Origin: an uncultured Rhizobiaceae bacterium
GTDB taxonomy: Bacteria > Pseudomonadota > Alphaproteobacteria > UBA7879 > VGCX01
Length of the DNA stretch: 64,000 bases
NCBI GenBank assembly: GCA_964350815.1
Contig: CAYGKW010000003.1
Coordinates: 26,500-90,499, forward strand
Reading direction: 5' to 3'
Shown here: positions 52,126 through 61,214 of the stretch, piece after piece
Layout: every line of letters starts with the position of its first letter
Numbering within the stretch: position 1 is the stretch's first letter
The notes under the pieces: generated by a model
The model's database searches: none
What the model was told of the DNA's origin: nothing
Seen by the model: only the letters and a program-made list of their open reading frames with translations
Position numbers and translations under genes: made by a program

Positions 52126-53007
52126 TTAAGCTGTTACTTCAGCTGTTGTTTTTCCAAAACCGAAAATGCGTTTAGCTGCAACATATCCTGCACCAGTAAC
52201 TTCTGCTGCTCTTCTGAACCAACCTTTGGCAGTTCTTGTTGCTGCTTGTGCCATTCCGGCGGCGGCAGTCCTTACTTTAATGTAGGCTCGTCCCATTGCA
52301 GTTGATTCATCAACAACACTTGTTCCAACAACCCAAGATAGAACTAGTTTTCCAGCTCTACTGGCTTTTTGCTCAACAATTTTTCCAAATTTCACAGCGA
52401 ATTTAGCTGCTGTTTTTTTCAAAGTGGGGTTTGTAAATGATTCTAAAGGCACCATATTTCTGGTCATTAATGTAACGCCACCCGCAATATCTGCTGCCGT
52501 TGCCTTTTCAGCCATATACATGGCTGCTGCGACTGTACCTGCTGTTGCAAGGCTTCCAGCGCCTTCTTCAAATGTTCCTTGAAGGGCTTGGCTTAAAGCA
52601 GTTACTACAGAGTAAATCACTCCAGCTTCTGCACTAACAAATGAAAGCTTAGATAGATTTCCTTCAGCCTGACCTAATGCCCAAACCATATCAGCATGCA
52701 TTTGTTTTGCTTCTGCGGTTGAAAACACAGGATCTGAATCTTCTACTTTTTTTTCTTTACCAAAGTCACCTAGTGCCTTCGCTTTTTTCTTTTGGAATCG
52801 CTCTTCTGTCATAGGGGAATCACCACTATGCATGGCTCCGCCACCTGCAAATCTTGTTGCGGCTTGAAAACCGTCTAAGAAACTTGAATTTACCACACGT
52901 ACAGTTCTTGTCGCACTGGCGCCTTCTTCTTCCATTCGTACCTCTGCAACTGCAGATGTACTTACTATTAATGCCGATGCGAAAATCGCATAAAACTTAT
53001 TCATCAA
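52126..53007 (-). CDS. secreted Ala-rich hypothetical protein
   Basis: 293 aa; signal peptide MMNKFYAIFASALIVSTSAVA; Ala/Thr/Gly-rich, GC-elevated; divergent from the lipase gene. Confidence 0.55.
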   Translation of the reverse strand: MMNKFYAIFASALIVSTSAVAEVRMEEEGASATRTVRVVNSSFLDGFQAATRFAGGGAMHSGDSPMTEERFQKKKAKALGDFGKEKKVEDSDPVFSTAEAKQMHADMVWALGQAEGNLSKLSFVSAEAGVIYSVVTALSQALQGTFEEGAGSLATAGTVAAAMYMAEKATAADIAGGVTLMTRNMVPLESFTNPTLKKTAAKFAVKFGKIVEQKASRAGKLVLSWVVGTSVVDESTAMGRAYIKVRTAAAGMAQAATRTAKGWFRRAAEVTGAGYVAAKRIFGFGKTTAEVTA

Positions 53008-53147
53008 ATCACCTCATCAAATATTGATTACAGTAGGTATATAAAGGCTTTTATTGACTATTTCAACCCCTTTTTTTATTTGACTTCAAGCAACTAATTC
53101 TTATATGTAGGTTAGGATGAATTTAAAGCATATATAAGGATTTAGAG

Positions 53148-54458
53148 ATGAAACTTAATAAACTTAAGTTATTATTCGTATTTACACTTTTAAATATTAC
53201 GACCGCTTGGCAATTTACCTGTGGTGCTGCTGGTGCAGCTGCCTCAGCAGGTTCTATGCCTGAAGATCACCGTGATCGTGCTGTTGTGGCTGGTGTTTTT
53301 TCACACCTAGCCTATGCAAAATTAAAGCCAGGCCCTTTAGAGGATCAAGAACTAGAAGGATTTAACCCAGCCATAAGAGGTTTACTTCCAGAAGGGGCTT
53401 CTATTATTTCAGATACTTGTCATGATGCTGTTGGTGACGGAGCAGAAGCAGCCGCAGAAGTTTTATTAGCATCAACATCAGGACTTCGCGCCATTAATAT
53501 TCAACTTGCTGATGGAAGCCAACACTTATCCTTCAGAGGCACAAAAACACCTTATGGAGCCCTAACAGATGTTGTTTTATTGGCTTGTGCTTTGGATCAT
53601 GATCCAAAGGCAGCTTTGTTAGACCTTGCAACAAAAATGGCCAAAGACTATGCACCTGAAATTGTACCCGAAGCAGTTATAAAAAGTTCTCTTGAACAAG
53701 TTGTAGAACATCTTGGTGAAGCTGCTTCAAAAAGCTTAGAAAGCTCAGGCGGTGGTGAAGCTGCAGCTGAAGAAGAAGATAACGCTTGGTCAGTAACAGG
53801 ATTTACAAAAGCTGTAGCAGCATGGCTTCCCGCAAGCACGACTGGGGATGATTCGTGGATGGGAATAGCAAAAAGCTTGCTATGGGAAGCAGGCGTGGCT
53901 CTTGCCGAATCTGGACATGAAGCCTTCTTTGATTCTTTACCTGAAGATATGAAAATGGCTTTAAAGGCAATAGGCTCAGGAAGCTCTGAAGACTTCAAAA
54001 GAGTAATGCGCCATAGATTAGAAATAGCTGTAGAACAAGCTGTGTCTGCAATAAGAGAAGCAAATACTGCAGGAACTTTAAAAGGGATTTCAGGGCACTC
54101 ACTTGGAGGAATTTCTGCAGAACTTGCTGCGGTTAAACTTATTGCGGCAGGGGAATTAGACCCCGCAATAGAAGTTACCTGTTTTTGTTCTCCTGGAGGG
54201 CGTGAATTATTTGAATTTATGGGAATTGCGGTTCCAGAAGAATCAAATGTTATACACATTGCCCGCGCAGGCGACCTTATTAGCCGCATGGGATCAGTTA
54301 GTGCTTCCCACTCCTACACAATTGATGGGCTAGATCCAAGCCAAGTTGCCGCAGCATATGAATGGCTTGAAGAATCTGCACCTATGCATGCCTTGGTTGC
54401 CCATGGGATCACACCAACTGTTTGGGCACTACTTAAAGATCTTGCAAAAAGAACTTAG
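53148..54458 (+). CDS. secreted class-3 lipase-like alpha/beta hydrolase
   Basis: 436 aa; signal peptide; VAGVFSHLAYAK, HLSFRGTKT (lipase_3 FRGT motif) and nucleophile elbow GHSLGG, separated by an unusually long Ala/Glu-rich insert of about 190 aa. Confidence 0.7.
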   Translation: MKLNKLKLLFVFTLLNITTAWQFTCGAAGAAASAGSMPEDHRDRAVVAGVFSHLAYAKLKPGPLEDQELEGFNPAIRGLLPEGASIISDTCHDAVGDGAEAAAEVLLASTSGLRAINIQLADGSQHLSFRGTKTPYGALTDVVLLACALDHDPKAALLDLATKMAKDYAPEIVPEAVIKSSLEQVVEHLGEAASKSLESSGGGEAAAEEEDNAWSVTGFTKAVAAWLPASTTGDDSWMGIAKSLLWEAGVALAESGHEAFFDSLPEDMKMALKAIGSGSSEDFKRVMRHRLEIAVEQAVSAIREANTAGTLKGISGHSLGGISAELAAVKLIAAGELDPAIEVTCFCSPGGRELFEFMGIAVPEESNVIHIARAGDLISRMGSVSASHSYTIDGLDPSQVAAAYEWLEESAPMHALVAHGITPTVWALLKDLAKRT

Positions 54459-54477
54459 CTAAAAAAAATAAACTACA

Positions 54478-54507
54478 TTTAAAGCCGGGAAATCCCGGCT
54501 TTTTTTA
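54478..54507 (+). terminator. rho-independent terminator (aaagccgggaaatcccggcttt + TTTTTTT)
   Basis: Perfect 8-9 bp stem with 7-T tract after the lipase gene. Confidence 0.75.
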
Positions 54508-54673
54508 TATCTATTTTCAGTCAATACCGAAAAAACTTCAATTATTTACTATAAATTTACTCTAACTCTATTTATGAGATCGTCACAAATTACTTATTTT
54601 TTACTTTAAATAGAACAAAAATAGTACCTTAAAAATTGGTCTGTATTGGGCGCTTCAGCAGTCCCTATTTTAT

Positions 54674-54740
54674 TTCCATTAAAATAAGAATTATTTCCAT
54701 AAAATCCCATTGATTTCCATATTATCCCATGCTATCCCAT
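54674..54740 (+). promoter_or_regulatory. array of six TYCCAT direct repeats (complement ATGGRA), five in exact 10-bp phase; candidate MraZ operator of the dcw promoter
   Basis: Motif ends at 54679, 54700, 54710, 54720, 54730 and 54740, about 90-150 bp upstream of mraZ; E. coli MraZ binds phased TGGGN direct repeats in its own promoter. Confidence 0.5.
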
Positions 54741-54766
54741 TAATAGTGGATGTATAACATGGATAA

Positions 54767-54801
54767 AGTACCTTCAGATTCACAGTGTTTCTGAAGGTAC
54801 T
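54767..54801 (+). promoter_or_regulatory. perfect 12-bp inverted repeat (agtaccttcaga-N11-tctgaaggtact) in the mraZ leader
   Basis: Read directly; 29 nt upstream of the mraZ ATG; no following T-tract, so not a classical terminator. Confidence 0.4.
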
Positions 54802-54829
54802 TACCCAAACAAAGTAGCGGTACAGATTT

Positions 54830-55294
54830 ATGTCATTATTTTTATCGACATATATAAATAAAGTGGACAAGAAAGGACGGGTTTCCGTTCCTGCCACATT
54901 CCGTGCGGCTTTAGGCAAAGAAACATTCAACGGCATTATCGCATTCAGATCTTATAAACTTGCGGCTATTGAAGCATGCAGTATGGATCGCATGAAATTA
55001 ATAAGCGAAAGTGTCGATAATTTAGATTTATTTTCTGATGATCAAGATGATCTTACAGCAACCATATTTGCTGATTCGCATCAGCTAGCGTTCGATAGTG
55101 ACGGACGTATTATGCTTCCAGATGATTTAAGGCAGCATGCCCACATTGATGACAGGGCAGCCTTTATCGGTCGCGGGGCAACATTCCAAATTTGGGATCC
55201 TGATGCGTTTACAAAACATCAGCATACGGCACGTCAGCGCGTCCATGATAGGAAGGCAACGTTAAAACTGAAAGCGGATGATGCTAAGTCTTAG
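54830..55294 (+). CDS. mraZ: transcriptional regulator MraZ
   Basis: 154 aa; two MraZ/SpoVT-AbrB repeats (KVDKKGRVSVPATFR and DSDGRIMLPDDLR). Confidence 0.9.
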   Translation: MSLFLSTYINKVDKKGRVSVPATFRAALGKETFNGIIAFRSYKLAAIEACSMDRMKLISESVDNLDLFSDDQDDLTATIFADSHQLAFDSDGRIMLPDDLRQHAHIDDRAAFIGRGATFQIWDPDAFTKHQHTARQRVHDRKATLKLKADDAKS

Positions 55295-55304
55295 GGAGAA
55301 GAAT

Positions 55305-56276
55305 GTGAAACATATAACACCACAAAATACTCACACAGATCACATTCCAGTAATGTTAGCCGAAGTCGTGCACGCGTTGACGCCCATTGATGGCAAAACG
55401 TATATAGATGGAACCTTTGGGCGTGGGGGATATTCCAAAGCTATTTTGGATGCGGCCAATTGTAACATAATTGCAATTGACCGGGATCCTGACGCCATTA
55501 ATGAAGGTCAAAAACTGGCAGCCACCTATAAAAATCGCATAAACCTGGTTCAAGATCGCTTTAGTAGTTTGGATCAAGTTGCCCTTAATCTTGGGCACAA
55601 AAAAGTGGATGGCGTTGTTTTGGATATTGGGGTTTCATCCCCTCAGTTAGATGCGGCAGAGCGCGGTTTTTCTTTTCAAAAAGAAGGGCCTTTAGATATG
55701 CGAATGGAAAAAACAGGACTTTCCGCTGAAGAAGTTGTTAATGAATATGATGAAAAAGAACTGGCACATATCATATGGAAATTTGGAGATGAACCAAAAT
55801 CCCGCCAAATTGTAAAGGCTATTGTAAAAAGACGGCCTCTGAAGAACACCCTAGATTTGGCTGACGCTGTCTATGCTGTGTATGGCAAAAAGAAAGCCCA
55901 TCAGAAAACTGACCCCGCAACAAAAACTTTTCAAGCAATTCGCATCTATATCAATAATGAATTAGAAGAGCTTGAAGAGGGCCTAAAAGCGGCTGAAAGA
56001 ATTTTAGCAAAAGATGGACGTCTTGTGGTTGTGTCCTTTCATTCATTAGAAGATAGAATTACAAAGAATTTTATTCGTGAACGCAGTAGCAATAGGCCCA
56101 ACGTATCAAGGCATCAAGCCATATTTGATACAGATGCAGACATAAATGAACAACATAGTTTCAAAGCCCCCAAAAAGGCAGTCAAACCTTCTGAGGAAGA
56201 AATAAAAAGAAACCCCCGTGCACGTTCTGCAAGATTAAGGGTGGCCGTTCGACTTGAAGGAGAATCACATGAATAA
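55305..56276 (+). CDS. rsmH: 16S rRNA (cytosine1402-N4)-methyltransferase
   Basis: IPVMLAEVV, YIDGTFGRGGYS SAM motif, VVSFHSLEDR; GTG at 55305 with GGGAGAAG RBS preferred, the ATG at 55278 would overlap mraZ. Confidence 0.85.
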   Translation: MKHITPQNTHTDHIPVMLAEVVHALTPIDGKTYIDGTFGRGGYSKAILDAANCNIIAIDRDPDAINEGQKLAATYKNRINLVQDRFSSLDQVALNLGHKKVDGVVLDIGVSSPQLDAAERGFSFQKEGPLDMRMEKTGLSAEEVVNEYDEKELAHIIWKFGDEPKSRQIVKAIVKRRPLKNTLDLADAVYAVYGKKKAHQKTDPATKTFQAIRIYINNELEELEEGLKAAERILAKDGRLVVVSFHSLEDRITKNFIRERSSNRPNVSRHQAIFDTDADINEQHSFKAPKKAVKPSEEEIKRNPRARSARLRVAVRLEGESHE

Positions 56277-56634
56277 TGCATTTTTAAGAAACATGAGTTT
56301 GCTGGGCATTTTAATAAGTTGCGGAATGGCTTTTGCCGTTTACCAGACGAAGAATCAGGTCGTCAATATTGAAAAAGAATTAAACCACGTTAACAATAAT
56401 ATTATTACAGCAAATGAAAGTATTCATACTCTTAAGGCTGAATGGAGTTATTTAAACACCCCAAATCGTCTTAACAAGTTAAACAACAAGTTTTTAAAGC
56501 TTCGCCCGACCGCTGTAAAGCAAATTGCCTCTGTTAAGAACTTCCCAACTGTTCTTGCATCGGTCAGGGCGAATCGTTATGGAAAAATTATTGTCGCCGA
56601 TATCAGCAAAAACAATCTAAGAAAGAGGGGGTAA
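56269..56634 (+). CDS. ftsL: cell division protein FtsL-like
   Basis: about 121 aa; single TM (LLGILISCGMAFAVY) followed by a coiled-coil region; conserved position between rsmH and ftsI; ATG at 56269 with AAGGAGA RBS. Confidence 0.6.
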   Translation: MNNAFLRNMSLLGILISCGMAFAVYQTKNQVVNIEKELNHVNNNIITANESIHTLKAEWSYLNTPNRLNKLNNKFLKLRPTAVKQIASVKNFPTVLASVRANRYGKIIVADISKNNLRKRG

Positions 56635-58349
56635 TGCATAAAACCCTTCCCTATTTTGGTAAGCGTCTTGCCCCCCACTATTATATTGAAACAATTCAAT
56701 CCCCCGACTGTGTTCAAATTAAAAATAGAAGTTTAATAAGTTTTATTGCTTTCGGGTTTATTTTCTTTTGTATTGTTATCCGTTTAATAAACATTATGTT
56801 GCTGAATGGCCAATCTTCATCTGATTCACTTTCCCTTCCTTCAAGTCTTATAGAACGTGGGGATATATATGACAGGAATGGAGAAGTCCTTGCCACAAGT
56901 TTGGTTACCGGATCAGCTTATGCAAATCCGCAGCAGATCAATGACGTAAAAGAAACTGTAAAAAAATTAATAGCAACCTTTCCTGACTTAAATGAAAAGG
57001 AATTAAACGCTAAGCTTTCTTCTAAAAAAGGATTTATATGGATAAAAAGGTATTTAACACCAAAAGAGCAAAATAAATTAAATTACTTAGGACTACCTGG
57101 GATTTATTTTCAACGCGAAGAGCGCAGGGTGTATCCACATAAAAATTTGACGTCTCATATTGTAGGATTTACAGGCACAGATAACATAGGATTGTCTGGT
57201 ATTGAAAAGAAATTTGATGCCACATTAAAAAAAGACCAGCAGGATGTTAATCTTTCCCTTGATATCAGGGTGCAACATGTATTGCATGATGAACTGCAAA
57301 AAGGAATAACTAAATTTAGCGCAAAAGCAGGGAGTGCCATTATGCTTGATGCAAAAACAAGCGAAATTGTTGCAATGGTTTCTTTGCCAGATTATGACCC
57401 AAATCACCCTGATAAAATCAACAAAGATACAAGTTTTAATTCCAGCACTCTGGGCATCTATGAAATGGGGTCAATCTTTAAAATATTCACTGTTGCATCT
57501 GCTTTGGATTCAGGAAAAATAAAATTGACAAGTGGTTATGATGCCTCTGAAGATTTTAAAGTTGGTCGTCATAGAATAACTGATTTTCATAAAAAGAAAC
57601 GCTGGCTATCAGTCCCTGAAATTCTTATGTATTCTTCAAATATTGGGGTTGCAAAAATGGCACTTGAACTTGGAAGTGCAAAACAAAAATCCTTTATGGA
57701 AAAAATGGGTCTTTTGAGCCCAATGAACATAGAGATACCTGAAAATGGAAGACCTTTGGGGCCAAAATCATGGCAAGATATTACAACTGCCACAGTTTCA
57801 TATGGATATGGCTTGGCCATCAGTCCCCTGCAGCTTGCAAATGGCATAGGTGCAATCGTAAATGGCGGAATACTTAATCAACCTACAATTTTAAAAGGTG
57901 GTAATAAAGATCTTGCTCAAAAACGGGTAATTTCATCAAGAACATCAGACAAAATGCGTAAACTTTTACATTTAGTTGTTAAAAAAGGAACTGGGAAAAA
58001 AAGTGATGTAAGTGGTTATGTTGTAGGCGGGAAAACAGGAAGCGCCAACAAAAAAGAAGGTAAATCATATGTTAAAAAAGGAAAACACAGGGCCTTATAT
58101 GCAGGTGCTTTTCCTATGTATGATCCTAAATACATTGTCCTTGTTATCTTAGACGAACCAAAAGGAATAAACGAAACTTTTGGATTTTCAACTGGGGGGT
58201 GGACTTCTGCCCCTATTGCTAAAGAAATCATCACAAAAACAGCCCCGATCTTAGGGGTCCTGCCCGTTGATGAAAAATCCCCTAAAATAAAATCAGCCAT
58301 GCATATCAATATAAATAGCAGAAAAGAAAAAACACATGCAATTGGATAA
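56634..58349 (+). CDS. ftsI: peptidoglycan D,D-transpeptidase FtsI (PBP3)
   Basis: 571 aa; N-terminal TM, SXXK (SIFK), SSN and KTGS (GKTGSA) motifs. Confidence 0.9.
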   Translation: MHKTLPYFGKRLAPHYYIETIQSPDCVQIKNRSLISFIAFGFIFFCIVIRLINIMLLNGQSSSDSLSLPSSLIERGDIYDRNGEVLATSLVTGSAYANPQQINDVKETVKKLIATFPDLNEKELNAKLSSKKGFIWIKRYLTPKEQNKLNYLGLPGIYFQREERRVYPHKNLTSHIVGFTGTDNIGLSGIEKKFDATLKKDQQDVNLSLDIRVQHVLHDELQKGITKFSAKAGSAIMLDAKTSEIVAMVSLPDYDPNHPDKINKDTSFNSSTLGIYEMGSIFKIFTVASALDSGKIKLTSGYDASEDFKVGRHRITDFHKKKRWLSVPEILMYSSNIGVAKMALELGSAKQKSFMEKMGLLSPMNIEIPENGRPLGPKSWQDITTATVSYGYGLAISPLQLANGIGAIVNGGILNQPTILKGGNKDLAQKRVISSRTSDKMRKLLHLVVKKGTGKKSDVSGYVVGGKTGSANKKEGKSYVKKGKHRALYAGAFPMYDPKYIVLVILDEPKGINETFGFSTGGWTSAPIAKEIITKTAPILGVLPVDEKSPKIKSAMHININSRKEKTHAIG

Positions 58350-59823
58350 ATTATTAAAGAACTTAAAATATTCAGAATCTTTATATGCTTGGCCATCTGC
58401 AGAGAGAGACCTCAATGAAATTACAGTAAACGGGATTTGTATTGATTCTAGGGATGTTCAACCAGGTTATCTTTTTATTGCCATTCCTGGTGTTAAAGAT
58501 GATGGGGCAAAATATATATCTGAAGCAATTAAAAAAGGGGCTGACGTTATTGTCACCTCCTCTGAAAAAATTGAAAAATATGGATCTGAGCATACAAATA
58601 TTTGTTTTCTAGAAGTTTCTAATCTAAGGAAATTCACAGCATTTGCTGCAAAAACTTATTATGCGGGACAGCCCAAAGTTAATGCTGCTGTAACAGGCAC
58701 AAATGGGAAAACATCTGTTGCTGATTTTACCCGTCAAATATGGGAAAATATTGGAAAGCCTTGTGCCAGCCTTGGAACCTTAGGATTAAAAAGTAAATTA
58801 GTAAGTAAAGAAAAATATTTAACAACCCCTGATGCTGTTTATTTGCATAAGCTTTTATCAGAAATGGAAGAAAAGGGCATTAATAATTTTGTTATGGAAG
58901 CTTCAAGTCATGGTATTGCACAACATCGTTTGGATGGTTTAGATCTTAACATTGCTGCCTTTACGAACATAAGCCCAGAACACCTTGATTATCACAAAAC
59001 AATGGAAAATTATTTTGATGCAAAACTGGCATTATTTACAAAATTGTTACCCCTTAAGGGCACCTGTGTTTTAAATGCAGATATTCCTGAATTCAAAAAA
59101 ATGAAAATTGCCTGTGAACCAAGAAAAGTAATTTCTTACGGTAAAAAAGGGTATGATATTATTCTTAAAAAATCTACGCCTACGTCACAAGGTCAAGATC
59201 TTACGCTTGGTGTTTTTGGACAAGATTATGATATTCACTTTCCTTTATTTGGAACTTTCCAAGTATACAATGCACTTTGTGCACTTGGTATTGTCATTGC
59301 AAGTGATATTAATGTCCAAGATATGGCTGTCTCTGCACTTGAAAATTTAACTGGTATTTCTGGACGGCTTGAACTTGTTGGGACCACACCCAACGGAGCC
59401 AGTGTTTTTATTGACTATGCACACACTGAAGATGCCATGAAAAATTTATTAGAATCACTAAGACATCATACAAAAGGTGAATTACATATTTTATTTGGAG
59501 GGGGTGGAGATCGAGACTACAGAACCCGAAAACCACGGGGAGAAGTCTGTAAAAACCTAGCAGACAAGGTTTATATAACAGATGACAATCCCAGAAATGA
59601 AGATCCTGCAGTAATTCGCGGCCAAATTTTAGAGGGCTGTCCCGATGCTGAAGTTATTCCTGACCGCAACAAAGGTATTAAAAAAGCTGTAAAATCTTTA
59701 AAACCTAATGATATATTGGTTGTGGCTGGAAAAGGCCCAGAAGAAGGGCAAATTATAAAAGGAGAAACCCTTCCTTTTAGTGACAAACAGTCAATTTTAG
59801 ATGCAATTAAGGATTTGAAATGA
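58336..59823 (+). CDS. murE: UDP-N-acetylmuramoyl-L-alanyl-D-glutamate--2,6-diaminopimelate ligase
   Basis: 495 aa; Mur ligase GTNGKTS P-loop, DNPR motif (DDNPRNEDP). Confidence 0.9.
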   Translation: MQLDKLLKNLKYSESLYAWPSAERDLNEITVNGICIDSRDVQPGYLFIAIPGVKDDGAKYISEAIKKGADVIVTSSEKIEKYGSEHTNICFLEVSNLRKFTAFAAKTYYAGQPKVNAAVTGTNGKTSVADFTRQIWENIGKPCASLGTLGLKSKLVSKEKYLTTPDAVYLHKLLSEMEEKGINNFVMEASSHGIAQHRLDGLDLNIAAFTNISPEHLDYHKTMENYFDAKLALFTKLLPLKGTCVLNADIPEFKKMKIACEPRKVISYGKKGYDIILKKSTPTSQGQDLTLGVFGQDYDIHFPLFGTFQVYNALCALGIVIASDINVQDMAVSALENLTGISGRLELVGTTPNGASVFIDYAHTEDAMKNLLESLRHHTKGELHILFGGGGDRDYRTRKPRGEVCKNLADKVYITDDNPRNEDPAVIRGQILEGCPDAEVIPDRNKGIKKAVKSLKPNDILVVAGKGPEEGQIIKGETLPFSDKQSILDAIKDLK

Positions 59824-61214
59824 GCACAAAAACTTTATGGACAGCCGAAGATATTGCAACAGCAACAAGTGGAACCTTAATTGGAAATGAAGATTGGGTA
59901 GGAAACAAGCTTTGCTTAGATTCAAGGGAAGTGACCCCTGGCGATATTTATGTTGCCTATCGTGGTGAAAAAGTTGATGGTCATAATTTTATTGAATCTG
60001 CCATTAAAAATGGAGCCATTGCAGCAATTGTTGAAGATGTTCCTGACAAGCAAGACCATTCCTATGTCTACGTTAGGCAGTCTGAAGAAGCCCTTATCAA
60101 TATTGGAAATTATGCCCGCAATCGTTTTGAGGGAACTGTTATTGGGGTGACAGGAAGTGTTGGAAAAACATCTACAAAAGATATGCTGGCCCATGTACTT
60201 GAAAAACAAGCCCCCACAAATAAATCACAACGCAGCTTTAATAGCTTAGTTGGCTTACCTATCGCCTTGTCTGCCTGCGATCCAACATATAAATATAATG
60301 TTTTAGAACTTGGAATGACATCATCTGGTGAAATAACAACACTGTCACGCATGGCACGCCCCCATATTGCGATCATCACAATGATTGCGCCTTCCCATCT
60401 AGAATTTTTTGATTCAATAGAAGGTATTGCCAGGGCCAAAGCAGAAATTTTTGAAGGATTACCTTCATACGGAATAGCAATTATTCGAGGAGACATTCCT
60501 GAAAGCCACATATTAACCGATGCCGCAAAAGAAAAAAGAATTGAAAACATTATAACATTTGGAGAATCAAAGGATTGTGATTGTCACATTTTGGAATATT
60601 CTGCTGGAAAAGAAATTAATACAATAAAAGCAAACATTGGGAAGAAAACAGTATCATTTAATCTAAGTGTCCCAGGCAAACATTGGGCATTAAATGCAAT
60701 TGCAAGTCTTGCAGCTGTTAATGCAGCTGGTGCAAATGTTGAAGAAGCATGTGATGCAATGGTGACATACAGTGCGCCTGAAAGACGTGGGCAGCCAACT
60801 CACTTTGAAGACAATATTTTGCTAATTGATGAAAGTTATAATGCAAATCCAGTATCTATGCGGGCTGCGTTAGAAAGCCTTGCAGAACGTCAAATAAAAG
60901 GCAAAAAAATTGCAGTCTTAGGTGATATGCGTGAACTAGGTCCCACAGCCCCTGAACTTCATGCAGGAATGGTTTCCTGCATTATCAAGTCTGAAATTGA
61001 CATTTTGTTTCTTTATGGGCCTTTAATGAAAAATCTATATGAAGCAATTAAAGGCAAAGTAAAAACTTATTATTTTGATGATTTGCAAGAACTTAATGTG
61101 AAATTAATTGATGCAGTAAATCCTGATGATGCTATAATGGTAAAAGCATCACTTGGGACAGGGTTTAAAGCAATAATTGATGCAATGCAGACTCATTTTA
61201 AGAAAACAAAATAA
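59820..61214 (+). CDS. murF: UDP-N-acetylmuramoyl-tripeptide--D-alanyl-D-alanine ligase
   Basis: 464 aa; GSVGKTSTK P-loop, Mur ligase C-domain; 4-bp overlap with murE. Confidence 0.9.
   Translation: MSTKTLWTAEDIATATSGTLIGNEDWVGNKLCLDSREVTPGDIYVAYRGEKVDGHNFIESAIKNGAIAAIVEDVPDKQDHSYVYVRQSEEALINIGNYARNRFEGTVIGVTGSVGKTSTKDMLAHVLEKQAPTNKSQRSFNSLVGLPIALSACDPTYKYNVLELGMTSSGEITTLSRMARPHIAIITMIAPSHLEFFDSIEGIARAKAEIFEGLPSYGIAIIRGDIPESHILTDAAKEKRIENIITFGESKDCDCHILEYSAGKEINTIKANIGKKTVSFNLSVPGKHWALNAIASLAAVNAAGANVEEACDAMVTYSAPERRGQPTHFEDNILLIDESYNANPVSMRAALESLAERQIKGKKIAVLGDMRELGPTAPELHAGMVSCIIKSEIDILFLYGPLMKNLYEAIKGKVKTYYFDDLQELNVKLIDAVNPDDAIMVKASLGTGFKAIIDAMQTHFKKTK

Noticed and set aside
57155-57847. 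Several 60-86 aa minus-strand and alternate-frame ORFs inside ftsI, and similar ones inside gyrA, uvrD, arnB and accC
   Set aside because: Nested in well-supported long genes, with no RBS and low-complexity products; spurious
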